Positions 9,479 through 19,231 of a stretch of DNA of 64,000 nt are shown in pieces (position 1 is the first letter of the stretch; each line of letters starts with the position of its first letter). The stretch spans positions 30,972 through 94,971 of the forward strand of contig CAVSWS010000020.1 in the NCBI GenBank assembly GCA_963731765.1, written 5' to 3'. The notes beneath the pieces are model-generated. The model did no database searches. It was not told the DNA's origin and worked only from the letters and a program-made list of their open reading frames with translations. Source of the DNA: an uncultured Chloroflexia bacterium. GTDB taxonomy: Bacteria > Chloroflexota > Dehalococcoidia > DSTF01 > WHTK01. Position numbers and translations under genes: made by a program.

Positions 9479-10096
9479 CTATTCCGTCGCGCCCCGACGC
9501 CGCTTCTCCGTGGCAATGATCCTCGCGACCTCGCTGGCGGCTTCTTCGAGCCTGCCCGTCTCGTTAAGGACGGTGTAGTCGAAGTCTTTGGCGGCTTCGA
9601 GCTCGGAGGAGGCGACTTCTGTGCGGTGCTGCTGCTGTGCCTCCGTGTCGAGGTCACGGTCTCGCATGCGGCGCACCGTCTCTTCGACGCTGCCGGGGGA
9701 GATGAAGATGAGCACGGCGTCCGGGAAGAGGCGCTTCAGCGTGGCAGCACCCTGCACGTCGACGCGGGCGATGACGTCGAGCCCGAAGCCCAGCGGGTCC
9801 TCAATCTCGATGCGAGGGACGCCGTAGCTGTACTCGTAGACGGTGGCGTGCTCAACGAAGCCGCCTGTCGCCAGGATTGTCTCGAACTCCGGCGCGCTGA
9901 TGAAGTGGTAGTCCTGTCCGTCCACCTCGCCGGGTCGCACCGGCCGTGTCGTCACCGTGACCACCTTGTGCATCGTGGGATACCAGGTGCGCAGGATGTC
10001 GCAGATCGAGTCCTTGCCGGCGCCGGAAGGGCCGGAGAGCACGATAAGCAGGGCCGGCTCACGCGGCAGCAGCGGCACTTCGACGTTATTCTGCAA
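9479..10096 (-). CDS. gmk: guanylate kinase
   Basis: P-loop 'LSGPSGAGKDS' and GMP-binding 'YEYSYGVP'. 205 aa. Confidence 0.9.
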   Translation of the reverse strand: MQNNVEVPLLPREPALLIVLSGPSGAGKDSICDILRTWYPTMHKVVTVTTRPVRPGEVDGQDYHFISAPEFETILATGGFVEHATVYEYSYGVPRIEIEDPLGFGLDVIARVDVQGAATLKRLFPDAVLIFISPGSVEETVRRMRDRDLDTEAQQQHRTEVASSELEAAKDFDYTVLNETGRLEEAASEVARIIATEKRRRGATE

Positions 10097-11380
10097 GCAA
10101 TTCGTCTCCCCGTAGCTCGCGACCCGTGGCCGCGTCCAGCACCCTTGCGCCGAGTCCGTTCGGCGGTGTTTCCACCAGCTTAGCGAAGAAGTTCGGGAAG
10201 GTCTTCGCCACGCAGTTGGGCTCCCGGATGCGCATGCCCGGTACTTTCAGTCCGAGGGTCGCAAAGCACATGGCGATGCGGTGGTCGTCGTACGTGTCGA
10301 TGTCGGCGCCATGCAGCGCGGACGGCTCGATCGGTCAGCGTGTCGCCGTCTTCCGTGACCGTTGCGCCGCACTTCGTCAGCTCCGTGCGCAGGGCATAGA
10401 CGCGCTCCGATTCCTGCACGCGCAGCCGGCCGAGGTCGGTGAAGCGCGAGGTCTTCGGGAGCAGGGGTGCGACCGTGATTGCGGTCATGATCGCGTCGCC
10501 GAGGTCGTGAAGACGCGACGTGTCCGTGTACTGGGCCTTCGGGTCTGAGAAGCGTCGCAGGTAGTCGACAAAGCGGGCGTCGATTTGCCAGTCAGACTCC
10601 GGCCAATCGTTCACCTGTAGGTGCGTCCATGGCAAGAGGGCTCCCGCCGCCAGGAAGTAGCTGGCGCTGGAAGCGTCCGGCTCGATGGTGTACTCGCCGC
10701 CGTGCTGCGGGAATGCCTCGATGAGCTTCGTGGTCATCGCGACGTAAGCCGATTCGTCTGCGTCCTCACCGGTGACGGTGACCTGCCAGCCGCCGTGCCT
10801 TGCCGAGAGCAGCAAGCGCAGACGCGAACTGGGAGCTCTCCTCGATGCTCACGCTGCAGGACCGCGACATCGAGCCGGTTTCACCGGAGAGCGTGGCGGG
10901 CAGATGCCCTCCTTCCGCCTCGATCCGGTAGCCGAGCTGTCGCAAGGCGTCGAACAGGGCAGCCTGGGGCCGCTGGTGCATGCGAGCCGTGCCGTGAACG
11001 CGATAGCTGCCGTTGCCTAGGCAAAGCATCGCAGTCAGAAAGCGCGCCGCCGTCCCCGCGTTGCCCACGTAGATCTCGAGCGGTTGGGACGCTGTTCCGG
11101 CGCGTGGTATCTCACCTGCGAGACCGGTGACGGCAATGGTGCAGTTGCCGGCCTCCGCTGCGTCCGGTTCCACGCTGACATCGAAGCCCAGCGTGCGCAG
11201 CGCCTCGACCATGATTTCGGTGTCTTCGCTCCACAGGGCGCCGTGCAGCGTGGTGCGACCGTCCGCCAGGGCAGCGAGGATCAGCGCCCGGTTCGTGATG
11301 CTTTTGGAGCCGGGGATGGTGACGCGCACGGGACCGCTGGGAGCGGGCGGCACGATTTCGATGACGTCAGGAAGCGCCAT
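10086..11380 (-). pseudogene. aroA: 3-phosphoshikimate 1-carboxyvinyltransferase (EPSP synthase) interrupted by two +/-1 frameshifts
   Basis: Three consecutive ORFs in different frames (11380-10766, 10815-10180, 10271-10086) together give a full-length AroA (N-terminal 'KSITNRALILAALA', middle 'DASSASYFLAAGAL', C-terminal 'YDDHRIAMCFATLGL'). Frame changes lie near 10800 and 10330. Confidence 0.8.
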
Positions 11381-11595
11381 GGCGCAAGCTTACCGCACCC
11401 GCCTGCGGGCCGGATGGGACCTCTTGGGCCGGAGCTTGGCCGGGGCGACCGGAGATATTGAAGCCGGTTCAAAGTGCGGAGATGAAATTGCGCTTCTGAA
11501 TACTTGAATCCGTCTTCGGTTGACGGGCGGTTGGACGATCTGTAGCTTCCGCCGATACTTTCCCGCTAATTGTTACCTGAACCAGAGGAGGTCTC

Positions 11596-12324
11596 TTGAA
11601 AAATCGGATTCTGTCCACCGCGAGGATTGCGGGCATCCTGTATCTCATCGTGGCGGTCTGCGGCGGATTTGCGGAGTTAGTCCGCACCAGCGTCCACGAC
11701 AACGGTGACGCGGCGGCGACTGCGCAGAACATACTGGACTCGCAGTTCCTCTTCCGCCTGGGCTTCTCGAGCGACATCGTCGCGTTCTCCGCTGAGGTGG
11801 CGCTGGCGTTCGTGTTCTACGCCTTGCTGAAGCCCGTGAACGATGGTTTGGCGTTGCTGGCGGCATTCTTCCGGCTGGGTCAGGCTGTCGCGCTGGCGAT
11901 CAACCTCCTGAATCAGTTCATCCCGATCATGCTGCTGAGCGCGCCGGAGCACTTTGCTGCCCTGGAGACGGATCAGGTCCACGCGTTGGTACTGATGTTC
12001 ATGGAGGCGCAAAGCTACGGTTACCTGATCGGCCTGGTGTTCTTCGGGCTCAGCACGGCCGTCCTGGGCTACCTCGTGCTCAAATCGGGTTACTTCCCGA
12101 AGGTGCTGGGCCTGCTCCTGATGGTGGTGGTGCCACTCGGCTACCTGCTCGATAGCTTCACGTCGTTCCTCATCGAGGACAAGCCGGAGACGATGACCCT
12201 TGTCCTGGTCACGCCTGCGGCGCTGATCGAGCTCGCTTTCATCGGGTGGTTGCTGGTGAAGGGCGCGGACAATCTGGGGCAGGATTCCATCGCCGGCGCG
12301 GGCGCGAAGGTTGGTGCGTCATGA
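11596..12324 (+). CDS. DUF4386 domain-containing membrane protein
   Basis: Polytopic membrane protein; N-terminus 'ARIAGILYLIVAVCGGFAE' is typical of DUF4386. SD GGAGG before the TTG start. Confidence 0.6.
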   Translation: MKNRILSTARIAGILYLIVAVCGGFAELVRTSVHDNGDAAATAQNILDSQFLFRLGFSSDIVAFSAEVALAFVFYALLKPVNDGLALLAAFFRLGQAVALAINLLNQFIPIMLLSAPEHFAALETDQVHALVLMFMEAQSYGYLIGLVFFGLSTAVLGYLVLKSGYFPKVLGLLLMVVVPLGYLLDSFTSFLIEDKPETMTLVLVTPAALIELAFIGWLLVKGADNLGQDSIAGAGAKVGAS

Positions 12325-13298
12325 AGGCGGTTACCTATGAGCGCTACGGCCCCCTGGACTCTTTGCGCTTGAAGGAAATCGATAAGCCTGCCCCGGGCGA
12401 GAATGAGGTCCTGATCCGCGTGTGTGCGGCGGGTCTGCACGTCGGCGATTGCTTCACGGTGAAGGGCACTCCGTTCCCTGTTCGGATGGAGACCGGCTTC
12501 CTCAAGCCGAAATACGGCGTGCCCGGCTACGACCTTGCAGGTGTGGTCGAGCAGGCTGGCAGCGGTGTAACGCATTTCAAGCCCGGCGATGAGGTGTTCG
12601 GCGCCGCGCATGGTACCTGTGCCGAGTACGCGACGGCAACGGAGTCGCAGCTTGCGCTCCGGCCTGCCTCGCTGTCGTTCGAGGAGGCCGCTGCCATTCC
12701 CACGTCTGGTCTCGCCGCCCTGCACGCGCTGCGCGTCGCCGGCGAACTGAAGTCGGGTCAGAAGCTGCTGATCAACGGGGCAGCAGGCGGTGTCGGGACG
12801 TTCGCCGTGCAAATCGGCAAGGCGATGGGCGCGGAGGTTACGGGCGTGTGCGGACCAGGCAGCGTGGAGCTGGTCCGGTCACTGGGCGCTGACCACGTCA
12901 TCGACTATACGCGGGAGGACTTCACGCAGGGGTCTGTACGGTACGACGTTATCCTCGACAACGTGGAGAATCGGTCGCTGGAAGAGGTGCGACGCGTGCT
13001 GACGGCTGACGGCACACTGATCCTCAACAGCGGCAGTGGCGCGAAAGGCTTCGCCATGGTTGTACGTCTCGTGAAGCCCCTCGTGCTCTCGCCGTTTTCC
13101 AAACAGAACCTGCGCCGGTTCATCTCGAGTCCGAAGCGGGACGAGCTGGTCGCCCTCAAGGAGCTCGCCGAAGCCGGATCGCTGAGGCCGGTGATCGACA
13201 GGACGTTTCCCCTGGAAGAGACTGCAGACGCCCTCAGCTACATCGATTCCGGACACGTCCACGGCAAGGTCGTAGTGGTGGTCTCCGGGACGGCGTAG
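12321..13298 (+). CDS. NAD(P)H-dependent quinone oxidoreductase-like medium-chain dehydrogenase
   Basis: GroES-like plus Rossmann domain ('LINGAAGGVGTFAVQIGKAMGAEV'). ATG at 12321 overlaps the preceding stop (ATGA). Confidence 0.8.
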   Translation: MKAVTYERYGPLDSLRLKEIDKPAPGENEVLIRVCAAGLHVGDCFTVKGTPFPVRMETGFLKPKYGVPGYDLAGVVEQAGSGVTHFKPGDEVFGAAHGTCAEYATATESQLALRPASLSFEEAAAIPTSGLAALHALRVAGELKSGQKLLINGAAGGVGTFAVQIGKAMGAEVTGVCGPGSVELVRSLGADHVIDYTREDFTQGSVRYDVILDNVENRSLEEVRRVLTADGTLILNSGSGAKGFAMVVRLVKPLVLSPFSKQNLRRFISSPKRDELVALKELAEAGSLRPVIDRTFPLEETADALSYIDSGHVHGKVVVVVSGTA

Positions 13299-13301
13299 CG
13301 G

Positions 13302-14366
13302 TTAGTCGAGGTCGTCGAGGTCCTTGCGACGGCGCTTGAGGCGGTCGGCCTCTTCGTCCTTCTGTCGTTCCTCTTCGAGGTAGCCCAGGAGCTCCTTGCC
13401 GCGGTTCTGGATCAGGGTACCGGTCAGCATCGTCATGAACGTCTCGCTGCTGTCCGGGTAGTCGACGTACTGCATGGCGCCAGGGTGGCGCGGCAGCTCC
13501 TCCAGGAACTTGTCGCGGGCAATCTGGGTGTCCGTCAGGTTCTTGAACAGCGTCTCTGTGTCCTCACGGTCGTCGATCTGGTCAGCGATCTTCTGCAGCT
13601 CGCCGATGTAGCGGTTGAGCCAGTGCAGGACGTTCTCGCGATTGGTGAGGAAGATGTCGTGTGACATTTCGGGCTCGCCCGAGGCCAGTCGCGTCAGGTC
13701 GCGGAAGCCCGGCCCCGCCATGCCCGCGAGCTCCGGCCACGCGTTGCTGCCCTTCGCAAGGTTGAACAGGGCGACGGACGTCAGCAGGGGCAGGTGCGAA
13801 ACGGCGGCGGCGTAGGAATCGTGCTCGTCCGCATCCAGGAACCTCGGCTCGGCACCGATGACCTGCGCGAGGGCGACGACCTGGTTCACTGCGCCCGGGG
13901 CTGCATCGGCGGCCGGGACGATGACGTAGGGCTTGCCATCGAAGAGCTCCGCTTCGGCGTTCTCAATGCCCTGTTTCTCTTTGCCGGCCATGGGATGACC
14001 GCCGACGAAGTACACCGTCTTCGGCAGCTCCTCGGCGGCCCAGCGCAGGGGGTCCGATTTCGTGCTGGCGGTGTCGGTAACGACCGTGTTGCGCTGCAAA
14101 TGGGGCGCCATCTCGCGGAATACCCTGCGCATGGTCACGATCGGCGTACAGACGATGACGACGTTGGCCTCGGCGACGGCATGCTGGATGCTCGGCGCAA
14201 TGGTGTCCAGCGCCTTCGCCTTGAGCGCTCGCTGCATGACCTCATAGCTGTTGTCGAAGCCGCAGATCTCGGTGTTCTTGGGCTGGGCGCGCTTCAACGC
14301 CAGCGCCATGGAACCGCCGATCAATCCGAGTCCAATGATTGTTACCTTGCCCATCGTGCCAACCAT
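13302..14366 (-). CDS. tyrA: prephenate dehydrogenase
   Basis: 'VTIIGLGLIGGSMALAL' NAD-binding motif plus the PDH core (HPMAG). 354 aa. Confidence 0.85.
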   Translation of the reverse strand: MVGTMGKVTIIGLGLIGGSMALALKRAQPKNTEICGFDNSYEVMQRALKAKALDTIAPSIQHAVAEANVVIVCTPIVTMRRVFREMAPHLQRNTVVTDTASTKSDPLRWAAEELPKTVYFVGGHPMAGKEKQGIENAEAELFDGKPYVIVPAADAAPGAVNQVVALAQVIGAEPRFLDADEHDSYAAAVSHLPLLTSVALFNLAKGSNAWPELAGMAGPGFRDLTRLASGEPEMSHDIFLTNRENVLHWLNRYIGELQKIADQIDDREDTETLFKNLTDTQIARDKFLEELPRHPGAMQYVDYPDSSETFMTMLTGTLIQNRGKELLGYLEEERQKDEEADRLKRRRKDLDDLD

Positions 14367-14405
14367 CTTAGCGGAACCGTCCAGCGCTTCGCGCGTCTCA
14401 AAGGA

Positions 14406-14897
14406 TCAGCTCGCGTCGTCGGCGGCCCAGAGCAGTCGGGCGAGGTGAGCTTCGTCCTCTGTATGAGTGCCACCGACGAGACGGACTGTGAGGTCACTGC
14501 AGCCGGCCTCCTGTACCAGACGGGCTGAGATCGTGACGTGGTGGTGCAGTCGATAGGCGGCACCTCGCCAGCCGGGCGCGTCTGCCTTGCCGGTCAGCCT
14601 GCCGACGTGTGGCGCTGCGACGTGCAGCACTCGCAGCCAGACTGATACGGAACCTTTGCCGCAGTCGTGCAGGAGGGCGGCAACCAGCACATCGCGATCG
14701 TCTATCTCGGCTCGCAGGCGGCGCATGACTTCGAGGGCGTGTCGCTGGTCACGACGCTCCATCGCCTCGAACAGCGCTCGCTCTTCCGGCGACATGATGC
14801 CGTTGGCGTACACGAGGTCGTCCTCGGGGATACGAGGCCACAGTGCGTGTACCACCTGCCGGGTGCGGTAGAGGGCTCTAGATGATGCTATGGCCAT
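14406..14897 (-). CDS. HD domain phosphohydrolase
   Basis: 'LLHDCGKG' HD motif with upstream histidines. 163 aa. Confidence 0.6.
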   Translation of the reverse strand: MAIASSRALYRTRQVVHALWPRIPEDDLVYANGIMSPEERALFEAMERRDQRHALEVMRRLRAEIDDRDVLVAALLHDCGKGSVSVWLRVLHVAAPHVGRLTGKADAPGWRGAAYRLHHHVTISARLVQEAGCSDLTVRLVGGTHTEDEAHLARLLWAADDAS

Positions 14898-15594
14898 CTA
14901 TGATCTTCGACAGACCGTTGATGATGGGTGAGAGAATTTCGTGCAGGATGCTGATGTTGCCGGATGACACGAGCGGCAGCAGAAGCAGCAGCATGAGGAC
15001 CAACGGGCCGTAACGCTCCAGCCGGGCGACAGAGATCGAGAGATCGCGCGGCAGGATGCCGATGGCTACCGCGAAGCCGTCCAGGGGCGATAGCGGCAGA
15101 AGGTTGAACACGGCCAGTACGAGGTTGAAGAAGATCATCGCGCCGAGGAACAGGGAGATGTACTCGTTGGCTCCCCACTGGTCCAGGCTGAACGGCCGCG
15201 TCAGCGGGTTCCACCAGTTGACGAGGCCGAGCTGAATCGGCAGACCCGCGAGGGCGGCGAGAATGATGTTGGAAATGGGCCCCGCCGCTGCCACCATTGC
15301 CCGACCGGTCTGGGGACCGTTGCGCAATCGCATTGGGTTGACCGGTACCGGCTTGCCCCAGCCGAAGCCGGCCAGGACCATGAACATGCTGCCGGCGGGA
15401 TCGAGGTGTCGCGCCGGGCTCAGGCTGACGCGGCCCATCATGCGCGCGGTGTGGTCGCCGAGACGATCGGCGACGAACGCGTGGCTGAACTCGTGGAAGG
15501 TGACCCCGGCGATGAGCGCTACGACGGCGGAACCGAAGAACAGGATGAACATCGGGATGCTATCGGACAGCAGGCTGGAATAGGTGATGAGCAA
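14878..15594 (-). CDS. site-2 protease family (peptidase M50) membrane metalloprotease
   Basis: 'HEFSHA' zinc-binding motif in a TM helix and 'LLPLSPLDG' (LDG motif). Polytopic. Confidence 0.8.
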   Translation of the reverse strand: MLITYSSLLSDSIPMFILFFGSAVVALIAGVTFHEFSHAFVADRLGDHTARMMGRVSLSPARHLDPAGSMFMVLAGFGWGKPVPVNPMRLRNGPQTGRAMVAAAGPISNIILAALAGLPIQLGLVNWWNPLTRPFSLDQWGANEYISLFLGAMIFFNLVLAVFNLLPLSPLDGFAVAIGILPRDLSISVARLERYGPLVLMLLLLLPLVSSGNISILHEILSPIINGLSKIIDGHSII

Positions 15595-15727
15595 ACGGCG
15601 ACCTCGCTTCGATCTTAGCCTACGAGCATCGAGTCGTTCTAATCGCCCGCGCTGGTGTTAGCTGATACTAATTTACGGCATACATTCTTCGTAGAACGAT
15701 TGACCTAAATAGTGTCGCAATCTAAAC

Positions 15728-15745
15728 TTGTGACTTAATACGCAA
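15728..15745. promoter_or_regulatory. candidate Rex operator upstream of rex
   Basis: TTGTGActtaatacGCAA is an imperfect match to the Rex box TTGTGAA-N4-TTCACAA, located 20-40 bp upstream of the rex start. Confidence 0.25.
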
Positions 15746-15766
15746 TCTAGCAAGCGGGTGTGAATC

Positions 15767-16405
15767 GTGCCGATCGAGATACCGGCAGTCGTCATTGACA
15801 GGCTCCCCGTCTACGCCCGCGCCCTCACTGATCTCGAATCGCGCGGACGAGATGTTGTGAGCTCACAAGAGCTCGGGGAAGTGCTGGGCGTGACGCCGGC
15901 CCAGATACGTAAAGACCTTAGCTACTTCGGCCGATTCGGCAAGCAGGGCCGTGGGTACAACGTCCAGCGTCTCGCTCAGGAGTTGCGCCAGATCCTCGGC
16001 CTGGACCGCCAGTGGTCGATGATCCTCGTCGGCGTTGGTCACCTGGGCCAGGCCATTCTGACTTACGATGGCTTCCATCCCCAGGGATTCATCATCATCG
16101 ACGCCTTCGACAGCGACCCGTCAGTGGTCGGCGAGGAGATCGGCGGCGTACCGATTCACGATACAGCCGAGCTCAAGGAATACCTCAGCGCGCGACAGGT
16201 CGATATTGGCATCGTGGCAGTACCGCCTGAAGCCGCTGCTTCGATTATCGACGTGCTGGTCTCCGGCGGCATTCGCGCCATCCTCAACTACGCGCCCACC
16301 TCCGTCTCGGTGCCCGACACCGTCGAGGTGAAGAACATCGATCCGGTGCTGGCGCTCCAGAGCATGACGTTCTACCTGAAGACGACGGCCTCGCAGGCGC
16401 ACTGA
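15767..16405 (+). CDS. rex: redox-sensing transcriptional repressor Rex
   Basis: N-terminal winged helix 'RLPVYARAL...SSQELGEVLGVTPAQIRKDLSYFGRFGKQGRGY' plus Rossmann 'ILVGVGHLGQA'. Confidence 0.85.
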   Translation: MPIEIPAVVIDRLPVYARALTDLESRGRDVVSSQELGEVLGVTPAQIRKDLSYFGRFGKQGRGYNVQRLAQELRQILGLDRQWSMILVGVGHLGQAILTYDGFHPQGFIIIDAFDSDPSVVGEEIGGVPIHDTAELKEYLSARQVDIGIVAVPPEAAASIIDVLVSGGIRAILNYAPTSVSVPDTVEVKNIDPVLALQSMTFYLKTTASQAH

Positions 16406-16481
16406 GTCGCAACGGCCCATCGTAGGTAGCAGCGTCGCCGGCTCTCACCCGCAATAACGCGTAGTCCAGGAGGAGGCACAC

Positions 16482-16697
16482 ATGGCGCAAGAAGCCGTTG
16501 TCCGCAGCGTGAACCCATACGACTTGCACGGCGTTCGCTACTACCAGATGTTCCTCTCCTACGCCGATACGCCGGAGCTGGTGCATGAGGTGCGTCTGGC
16601 CCACGACATGGTCTACCCGGACCCGGCCGAGGGCGATACGGTCACGGTCGAGAAGCTGCTGAGCATGGTGACCGGCGTGAAGAAGAAGGCTGTCTAG
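16482..16697 (+). CDS. hypothetical small protein (71 aa)
   Basis: Strong SD (AGGAGG) with good spacing to ATG. No recognisable family. Confidence 0.4.
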   Translation: MAQEAVVRSVNPYDLHGVRYYQMFLSYADTPELVHEVRLAHDMVYPDPAEGDTVTVEKLLSMVTGVKKKAV

Positions 16698-16827
16698 GCA
16701 CCTCTGACTGCCGTCAGAAACTTCCGGAAAATTTCGCGCGAAACCTGTCCTTTTGACGTTCCTCGCGTTCGTCTATCATCGAATGCAGGTACGGGCCTGC
16801 ACGTAGACGAAAGGACGCAACCTCCTG

Positions 16828-17175
16828 ATGAAGTACATGCTCATGTTGTTCCACGAAGAGCAGCCCATGGACATGACTCCCGAAGCGATGGCGCCATGGA
16901 TCCAGTTCGGCGAGGACTCTGCCAAGATCGCCACGCAGGTCGAGGGCGAGGCGCTTCACCCCTCCAGCACTGCAACGGTCGTTAGCGTGCGCGACGGCAA
17001 GACGATTACGACCGACGGCCCCTTCTCCGACACGAAGGAGCAGCTCGGCGGCTACTACGTCTTCGACTGCGAGAACCTCGACGCCGCGATCAAGCTGGCT
17101 TCGATGATCCCCTGGGCGCCGACCGGCCACGTCGAAGTGCGTCCTGTCATCGACTTCGGCGACAGCATGGGTTAA
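16828..17175 (+). CDS. YciI-like (YCII-related) protein
   Basis: 'DGPFSDTKEQLGGYYVFDCENLDAAIKLA' is the YCII signature. It sits directly upstream of an ECF sigma gene. Confidence 0.75.
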   Translation: MKYMLMLFHEEQPMDMTPEAMAPWIQFGEDSAKIATQVEGEALHPSSTATVVSVRDGKTITTDGPFSDTKEQLGGYYVFDCENLDAAIKLASMIPWAPTGHVEVRPVIDFGDSMG

Positions 17176-17183
17176 GCGCTACT

Positions 17184-18491
17184 GTGCAGCGAGCGAACTC
17201 CTCACGGAGTACGGGCGCTCCACCGCGCGAAGGCGATTCTACGCCGCGCGCGGTGGAGGCCGTCGCTGCCGAACACGGTACCCGCATCATCGCTACCCTG
17301 ATCGGCGCCTGCGGCGGTGATTTCCAGCTGGCGGAGGACGCCTTCCAGGAGGCGTTGATCGAGGCCCTGGAACATTGGCCCCGAGACGGTGTGCCCCGGC
17401 AACCAGACGCCTGGGTGATCACCACGGCGCGTCGCAAGGCGATCGACCACCTGCGCCGTGGGCAGAACCTGGCACGCAAGCAAGAGCAGCTGCGCTCGTT
17501 GCTGCTGCAGGAGCAGGTGGCGCCGGCGGCCGACTCAGAAACGGCGGAGGAGCATGTGTTGCAAGACGACCGCCTGCGCCTGATATTCACCTGCTGCCAC
17601 CCGGCGCTGGCACTCGAATCGCAGGTCGCCCTCACTCTGCACACCGTCGCCGGCCTCGCGACGCCGGAGATCGCCCGCGGCTTCCTCGTCAGCGCCGATA
17701 CGATGGCGAAGCGCCTGACCCGGGCGCGGGGCAAGATCCGCGACGCCCGAATCCCCTATGAGGTGCCCGAGGAGCACGCTTTGCCCGATCGACTGGCCGG
17801 GGTGCTCTCAGTGGTCTATCTCATTTTCAACGAGGGCTACGTCGGCTCCTCCGGCGACACGCTGATGCGCGTCGAGTTGTGCGACGAGGCGATTCGTCTC
17901 GGCCGGCTGCTGGCGTCCCTGATGCCGGACGAACCGGAGGTGCTGGCGCTGCTGGCGCTCATGCTCCTGATCGACTCCCGGCGCGAGGCGCGAACTGACC
18001 CGGCGGGCGACATGCTAACGCTGGAAGAGCAGGACCGTACAAAGTGGGACCGTCAGCGAATCGATGAGGGGACGGTGCTCGTCCAGCGCGCGATGCGAAT
18101 GCGCCGGCCGGGACCCTATCAATTGCAGGCCGCCATCGCCGCCCTCCACGCCGAACCGCTGAGTCCCGAGGATACCGATTGGGCCCAGATCGCGGCCCTG
18201 TACAACCAGCTGCTTCGTCTCCAGTCGACTCCCGTTGTTGCACTGAACCGCGCTGCCGCCGTCGCCATGGCGTTCGGACCGCGTGCGGGGCTCAGCCTCA
18301 TCGAGGCGGTGGAGAAGGACGGGGCTCTGGACGGCTACTATCTGCTGCATGCGGCCAAGGCTGACCTCCTGCGTCGCGACGGCAGCCGTGCAGATGCGGC
18401 CGATGCCTACCGTCGGGCGCTCAAGCTGTGCACGAATCCGGTTGAGCAGCGCTACTTGCAGCGGCGTCTGGGCGAGGTAACGGTACAGTGA
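17184..18491 (+). CDS. RNA polymerase sigma-70 family ECF sigma factor with long C-terminal (DUF6596-type) extension
   Basis: Sigma-70 region 2 'LAEDAFQEALIEALEHWPRDGVPRQPDAWVITTARRKAIDHLRR' and region 4 'ALTLHTVAGLATPEIARGFLVSADTMAKRLTRARGKI'. The true start is probably the internal GTG near 17262. Confidence 0.8.
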   Translation: MQRANSSRSTGAPPREGDSTPRAVEAVAAEHGTRIIATLIGACGGDFQLAEDAFQEALIEALEHWPRDGVPRQPDAWVITTARRKAIDHLRRGQNLARKQEQLRSLLLQEQVAPAADSETAEEHVLQDDRLRLIFTCCHPALALESQVALTLHTVAGLATPEIARGFLVSADTMAKRLTRARGKIRDARIPYEVPEEHALPDRLAGVLSVVYLIFNEGYVGSSGDTLMRVELCDEAIRLGRLLASLMPDEPEVLALLALMLLIDSRREARTDPAGDMLTLEEQDRTKWDRQRIDEGTVLVQRAMRMRRPGPYQLQAAIAALHAEPLSPEDTDWAQIAALYNQLLRLQSTPVVALNRAAAVAMAFGPRAGLSLIEAVEKDGALDGYYLLHAAKADLLRRDGSRADAADAYRRALKLCTNPVEQRYLQRRLGEVTVQ

Positions 18492-18528
18492 GTCCCTGCG
18501 CGTTCGCCGCTGACAGACGGAGCGAGAC

Positions 18529-19221
18529 ATGACCTTCGAAGGCTTCTCTGAGGAGACGTTTCGTTTCCTTGGCGAACTCATGGCGCACAACGAGAAACCG
18601 TGGTTCGAGGCTAACCGCAGGCGCTACGAAGCTCACTACCTGAAGCCTGCGCTGGCGTTCATCGATGCCCTGGGACCGAGGCTTGAGACACTACCCGGCG
18701 ACGTACATTACGAGTCTCGCGTCAACGGATCGCTCTTCCGAATCAACCGCGACGTACGGTTTTCGAAGGACAAGACCCCGTACAAGCACCACATCGACAT
18801 GTGGTTCTGGCAGGGCGAGCGCAAGGGTTGGGAGTCCCCCGGCTACTTCATACGCCTGCTGCCGGATGAGATGGTCCTTGGCGCAGGCATGCACGGCTTC
18901 AGCAAGCAGGGCCTTGCGATGTTCCGTCAAGCTGTGCTGGACGAGCAGCAGGGCGCGGCACTTGAACGCCTTGTGGCTGACATAACGACTGATGGGCGAT
19001 ATGCCGTCGGTGGTGAGGCGCGGAAAGCCGTACCTCGCGGCTTCGATGCCGCGCACCCGCGGGCCGACTTTCTTCGCTTCGAAGGTCTTACCGCCACTCT
19101 CGAGAGCCCAATTCCCGCCGAGGCCGAGGGTCCTGAGTTCGTCGAATTCTGCTTTGGTCATTTCCTGGCACTGAGCCCGGTCAACCAATGGCTGGCCACC
19201 GTTATCGGCGAAACCGAGTAG
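18529..19221 (+). CDS. DUF2461 (TIGR02453) family protein
   Basis: 'FLGELMAHNEKPWFEANRRRYEAHYLKP...FRINRDVRFSKDKTPYKHHIDMWFW' matches TIGR02453. Confidence 0.7.
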   Translation: MTFEGFSEETFRFLGELMAHNEKPWFEANRRRYEAHYLKPALAFIDALGPRLETLPGDVHYESRVNGSLFRINRDVRFSKDKTPYKHHIDMWFWQGERKGWESPGYFIRLLPDEMVLGAGMHGFSKQGLAMFRQAVLDEQQGAALERLVADITTDGRYAVGGEARKAVPRGFDAAHPRADFLRFEGLTATLESPIPAEAEGPEFVEFCFGHFLALSPVNQWLATVIGETE

Positions 19222-19231
19222 GCGACGACGG

